A stretch of DNA of 35,234 nucleotides, taken from assembly GCA_002413185.1 (NCBI GenBank), contig DHWM01000091.1:83664-118897 (forward strand), read 5' to 3'. A model generated the notes under the pieces. It searched no databases. It saw only the letters and a list, made by a program, of their open reading frames with translations, and was not told the DNA's origin. The position numbers and the translations under genes are program-made. Positions 32,496-35,234 of this stretch are shown one piece after another. Positions within the stretch are counted from its first letter, which is position 1. Each line of letters opens with the position of its first letter. The stretch comes from Actinobacteria bacterium UBA5182. GTDB taxonomy: Bacteria; Actinomycetota; UBA4738.

Positions 32496-32900
32496 TCAGG
32501 CCGACCCGGAACCTCCGAAGCCGGCCCGATTCTCCACGATGACCTTCCCGTGCATGAACGGGTGGATCGAACACAGGTAGTACACCGTGGTCGGGAGGCC
32601 GAACAGCTCGCTGCTCACGGAGTGCGAAGGAAGCTGGAGCAGCTTCCCGGTCTGGTCCAGGAGCTTCACCGTGTGCGGGACGTCATCGTGGTTCACCCAC
32701 GTCACGGTGGACCCCGACGGGATCTGGATGATCGCGGGATCGAACACGTTGTGGGCGATGTCGACGCTGGTGGAGGCCACCGGCGTGCCGCGCACCTCGA
32801 AGGGGACGCCCTTGGGCAGCTTCGTGCCGGAGCAGCCCGTCAGTGCGATCACCACGACGCCCACCGCGGCCACTGCCCCCCGAAAGCTCATGGAACGCAT
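32496..32900 (-). CDS. Type-1 copper (cupredoxin, plastocyanin/amicyanin-like) lipoprotein
   Basis: The ATG at 32900 lies 6 nt after a GAGGTG SD (the tracked GTG at 32909 has none). Lipobox LTGC. Cu ligands in the canonical spacing: H in DDVPHTV, and C-x2-H-x2-M in YYLCSIHPFMHGKV. Confidence 0.85.
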   Translation of the reverse strand: MRSMSFRGAVAAVGVVVIALTGCSGTKLPKGVPFEVRGTPVASTSVDIAHNVFDPAIIQIPSGSTVTWVNHDDVPHTVKLLDQTGKLLQLPSHSVSSELFGLPTTVYYLCSIHPFMHGKVIVENRAGFGGSGSA

Positions 32901-32966
32901 CTCGTTCACCTCGATGACCGTTGTTGGAGGATTGCCCTTCCATGGTACCGAGGGAGAGGCGTTTTC

Positions 32967-34094
32967 TCAGGCCAGGGCCTGTCGAAGGTCCTCCAGCAGG
33001 TCCTCGGGGTGTTCGATCCCCACCGAGAGTCGAACGAGCGTCGCCGGAACCTCCAGGGGTGAGCCGGCCACGCTGGCGTGCGTCATCCGGCCGGGGTGTT
33101 CGATCAGCGATTCGACCCCGCCCAGGGATTCGGCCAGGAAGAACAGCTTGGTCCGGGTGCACACGTCCAAGGCCTCCTGTTCGGTCTCCATCTCGAAGGA
33201 GACCATCCCGCCGAACCCGCTCATCTGCCTGGCCGCGACGTCATGTCCCGGGTGCTCGGGCAGCCCGGGATAGTACACGCGCTTCACCTTCGGGTGGCCC
33301 GCGAGCATCTCGGCGATGCGGCCGGCGTTCCGGCAGTGGGCCTCCATCCGCAGGGCCAGCGTTTTCAGCCCTCGAAGCACCAGGAAGCAGTCCTGAGGGC
33401 CCGGAACGGCGCCGACCGCGTTCTGGAGGAAGCCCAAACGCTCCAGCAGCTGGCTGTCATTCGCGGCGATCACTCCGCCCACCACGTCGGAGTGTCCGCC
33501 CAGGTACTTCGTGGCCGAGTGGATCACCGCGTCGGCGCCAAGGGTCAGGGGGCGCTGGAGGTACGGCGATGCAAACGTGTTGTCGACAGCGCACCACGCG
33601 CCCACCTCATGGGCGATCTCGGCGATCTCCGCGATGTCGACGATCTTCAGAAGCGGGTTCGTGGGGGTCTCGACCCACACCACGCGTGTCTCGTCCCGGA
33701 CCGCCTTCTTCACCGCTTCGACGTCCGTGAGGTCGACCGCGTCGAACTCGAGCCCCATCGACGGTGCCAGCACCTTCGACACCAGCCGGTACGTCCCCCC
33801 GTAGACGTCGTCGCCCAGCACCACGTGGGCGCCGGCTTGGAGCAGGGAGAAGAACGTGGCCTCCGCCCCCATCCCCGAGGAGAAGGCGAGCGCCCCGGCT
33901 CCCTCCTCCAACGCCGCGACGGCCTCCTGGAGCGCCGTGCGGGTGGGGTTGCCGGTGCGGGCGTATTCGTAGCCCTTGCTCTCGCCGACGCCAGGCTGGG
34001 CGTAGGTGGAGGTCTGGTAGATCGGAACGCTGACCGCGCCATACGTCGGGTCTGGGTCCTGTCCCACATGGATCGCCTTCGTCTCGAATCGCAT
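32967..34094 (-). CDS. metB: Cystathionine gamma-synthase/gamma-lyase (Cys/Met-metabolism PLP enzyme)
   Basis: T.AIH.G..PD...GAV..PIY.TSTY.......KG.EY.R.GNPTR..L......LE.G....AFSSGM.A......L..GAH.V...D.YGGT.R......VW.ETP.NP......I........VDNTFASPYLQ.PL.LGAD.V.HS.TKY.GGHSD...G. This is full length. Confidence 0.92.
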   Translation of the reverse strand: MRFETKAIHVGQDPDPTYGAVSVPIYQTSTYAQPGVGESKGYEYARTGNPTRTALQEAVAALEEGAGALAFSSGMGAEATFFSLLQAGAHVVLGDDVYGGTYRLVSKVLAPSMGLEFDAVDLTDVEAVKKAVRDETRVVWVETPTNPLLKIVDIAEIAEIAHEVGAWCAVDNTFASPYLQRPLTLGADAVIHSATKYLGGHSDVVGGVIAANDSQLLERLGFLQNAVGAVPGPQDCFLVLRGLKTLALRMEAHCRNAGRIAEMLAGHPKVKRVYYPGLPEHPGHDVAARQMSGFGGMVSFEMETEQEALDVCTRTKLFFLAESLGGVESLIEHPGRMTHASVAGSPLEVPATLVRLSVGIEHPEDLLEDLRQALA

Positions 34095-34101
34095 GCCTGG
34101 C

Positions 34102-34807
34102 TCACTCCTCGGTGAGGTACGCGGCCCAGCCTAGCCGAGCCAGCTGCTGTCTGGCCGCCGAGCCCGCTCGAACGTGCCGCAGCAGGCGCGACCGGAGCTT
34201 CGCGTCGTGGCCGGGGAGGAACCGCCGCCGGACCGGCTCGCCGCACCCGCACTCGCAGAGTCGAGGGGCCAGGTCTCGGCCGGCCGGCCCCACGATCCCG
34301 TCGGCGGTGGGCGGGGCGCACCGCCGGTAGGCCTCTTCCAGAGCTGGGGTGGGCAGGACGATGACGCCCTCCCGAGGGTCACCCAGGAAGGAACCGTCTC
34401 CCCTGCGACCTCTGCCCATATAGGCGGGATAGCCAGCGTCGCGAGCCGCGGCGTAGGCTTCGAACCCTGCGGTCATCCACGAGAACAGCAGGGCTTCCTC
34501 GTAGTGGGTCTGGTGCGAGCCGATGCCTCGGCGCGACAGCTCGTATTCCGCCACCCGCCGGGCCAGGTGCTTCCCGGGGCCGGAGGGACCCGGAGCCGGG
34601 CTCGTTCGGACCCTCCCGGAGCAGGCCCTTTCCCGAAGCGGGCGGCGCGTCGATGGCCCCGGCGATCGGGCGATGCTCCTCGAGCAGCTCCTGGAGCGCG
34701 TGGGGTCCCAGCCTGCTCCACGTCTCCTTGACCGTCGAGTCCTCGAGCAGCACCGCGTCCAGTCCTCGCCCCAGGGACACGTCGACGCCGAGGACGCCGG
34801 AGGACAC
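34102..34807 (-). pseudogene. Frameshifted gene: RNase-H-like (DUF429-like) N-terminal part plus C-terminal part with a CxCGCG...PGHDAK motif
   Basis: A GTG at 34807 opens MSSGVLGVDVSLGRGLDAVLLED.......HRPIAGAIDAPPASGKGLL... with high GC3. GC3 collapses after the CCCGGGGCC run (plus 34573-34581). A second frame then continues with ...GPGKHLARRVAEYELSRRGIGSHQTHYEE... to TGA 34102 with high GC3. The two tracked ORFs (34379-34807 and 34102-34554) overlap in different frames. Confidence 0.55.
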
Positions 34808-34819
34808 CGCAGGTCGCTC

Positions 34820-35234
34820 CTAGGCCCGGTTGCGTTCCCGGTGGGCCAGGAACTCCAGGAGGTCCGAGCGCGTCAGGATCCCGAGGGCCTCGCCATTCTT
34901 GGCCACGATCACCGCGGACGAGTGCTGGAGCTCGCCGAACGCCACCTCCAGCGGGTCGTCGAACTCGACCATGGGGAACGGCGGGGCCATCACTTCGGCC
35001 ACGTCGGCCTGGAGGGAGTCGGGGTCCCTGAAGATACGGTCCAGCAACGTCCGTTCCCGGATGGAGCCGACGAACGAGGTGACCTCACCGGTGTCCTCGC
35101 GGACCACCGGGGCCTGGGAGATCCCGAACTCCTGGAGCTGGTCGATGGCCTGGCGGACCTTTCCGCGCGCGCCGATAGTGACCAGCGGGGGAACCTCGCC
35201 GTGCTTCGCCGTGAGGACCTCCTCCACCCGGATG
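34820..35234 (-). CDS. cbs: 3' part of a CBS-domain-pair protein, probably cystathionine beta-synthase (5' end outside window)
   Basis: The frame is open to the window edge. Tandem CBS motifs (...AIDQLQEFGISQAPVV.....V.GSI.E..LL... and ...AF..L......IVA..GEALGILTRSDLLEFL). Its position upstream of metB mirrors the cbs...metB arrangement of mycobacteria. The catalytic domain is not visible, so the identity is contextual. Confidence 0.6.
   Translation of the reverse strand, partial: IRVEEVLTAKHGEVPPLVTIGARGKVRQAIDQLQEFGISQAPVVREDTGEVTSFVGSIRERTLLDRIFRDPDSLQADVAEVMAPPFPMVEFDDPLEVAFGELQHSSAVIVAKNGEALGILTRSDLLEFLAHRERNRA

Noticed and set aside
32494-32496. The convergent DUF4177 and cupredoxin genes end 1 nt apart, and several other convergent pairs are 8-19 nt apart. 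This could hint at a missed terminator or an overlapping antisense regulator.
   Set aside because: No hairpin can fit in the gap, and the coding calls on both sides are solid. The likely explanation is compact genome architecture with terminators inside the opposing coding regions. It is not distinctive enough to report as a finding.
1-35234. A search by eye for CRISPR repeats, tRNA/rRNA genes, IS elements, integrases, phage genes, toxin-antitoxin pairs or known defence-system signatures.
   Set aside because: I found no regularly spaced direct repeats, tRNA-like cloverleaf segments in the few spacers longer than 100 nt, or transposase/recombinase-like translations. A tRNAscan/Infernal/ISfinder run would be needed to exclude them formally.

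Overview
This is 35.2 kb of very G+C-rich, gene-dense bacterial chromosome. It looks actinobacterial: an Rpf muralytic factor, a 7Fe FdxA-type ferredoxin, an F420-type FrhB homologue, Tat/lipobox lipoproteins, frequent GTG/TTG starts, many ATGA/GTGA stop-start overlaps, and several start codons 6-10 nt after a TANNNT box. I call about 40 protein genes. I recognise no rRNA, tRNA, CRISPR array, transposase or integrase. The many long Arg/Pro/Gly-rich ORFs in the six-frame track are shadow frames of real genes. Left part (1-8.5 kb): a receiver-domain fragment, rpf with a long structured leader, ispH, an archaeal-style split MgtE-like transporter plus PhoU/TrkA-C regulator, an orphan PotD-like binding protein, a GH3 NagZ-like lipoprotein and a Cys-less HesB-like protein. 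Centre (8.5-26.3 kb) is a nitrogen-compound catabolic island. It holds gabT fused by overlap to a pterin carbinolamine dehydratase, a divergent PucR-type regulator, two aldehyde dehydrogenases (one PatD-like) and a saccharopine-dehydrogenase-like enzyme. It also holds potA-potD-potB-potC plus a HemL-like aminotransferase, and a convergent four-gene operon (DUF72, ADP-forming acyl-CoA synthetase, aminoacyl-CoA ammonia-lyase-like hotdog protein, ureohydrolase). Right part (26.3-35.2 kb): two tiny membrane proteins, an alpha/beta hydrolase, fdxA, an FrhB-like F420 protein translationally coupled to lepB, an orphan hypothetical, erpA, a CoA-themed operon (NUDIX CoA pyrophosphatase, CoA-binding protein, DUF4177), a cupredoxin lipoprotein, and cbs - frameshifted RNase-H-like gene - metB. 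The items I consider most worth follow-up: (1) the ureohydrolase/hotdog/ACD/DUF72 operon as a possible undescribed guanidino-acid to enoyl-CoA route; (2) an in-frame TAG that cuts off the last helix of potC; (3) the stand-alone FrhB homologue coupled to signal peptidase I; (4) the PCD-gabT coupling; (5) several independent gene-decay lesions (a nonsense codon, a frameshift, a large-deletion relic, an in-frame deletion). All family assignments come from reading the translations by eye. No database search was run.
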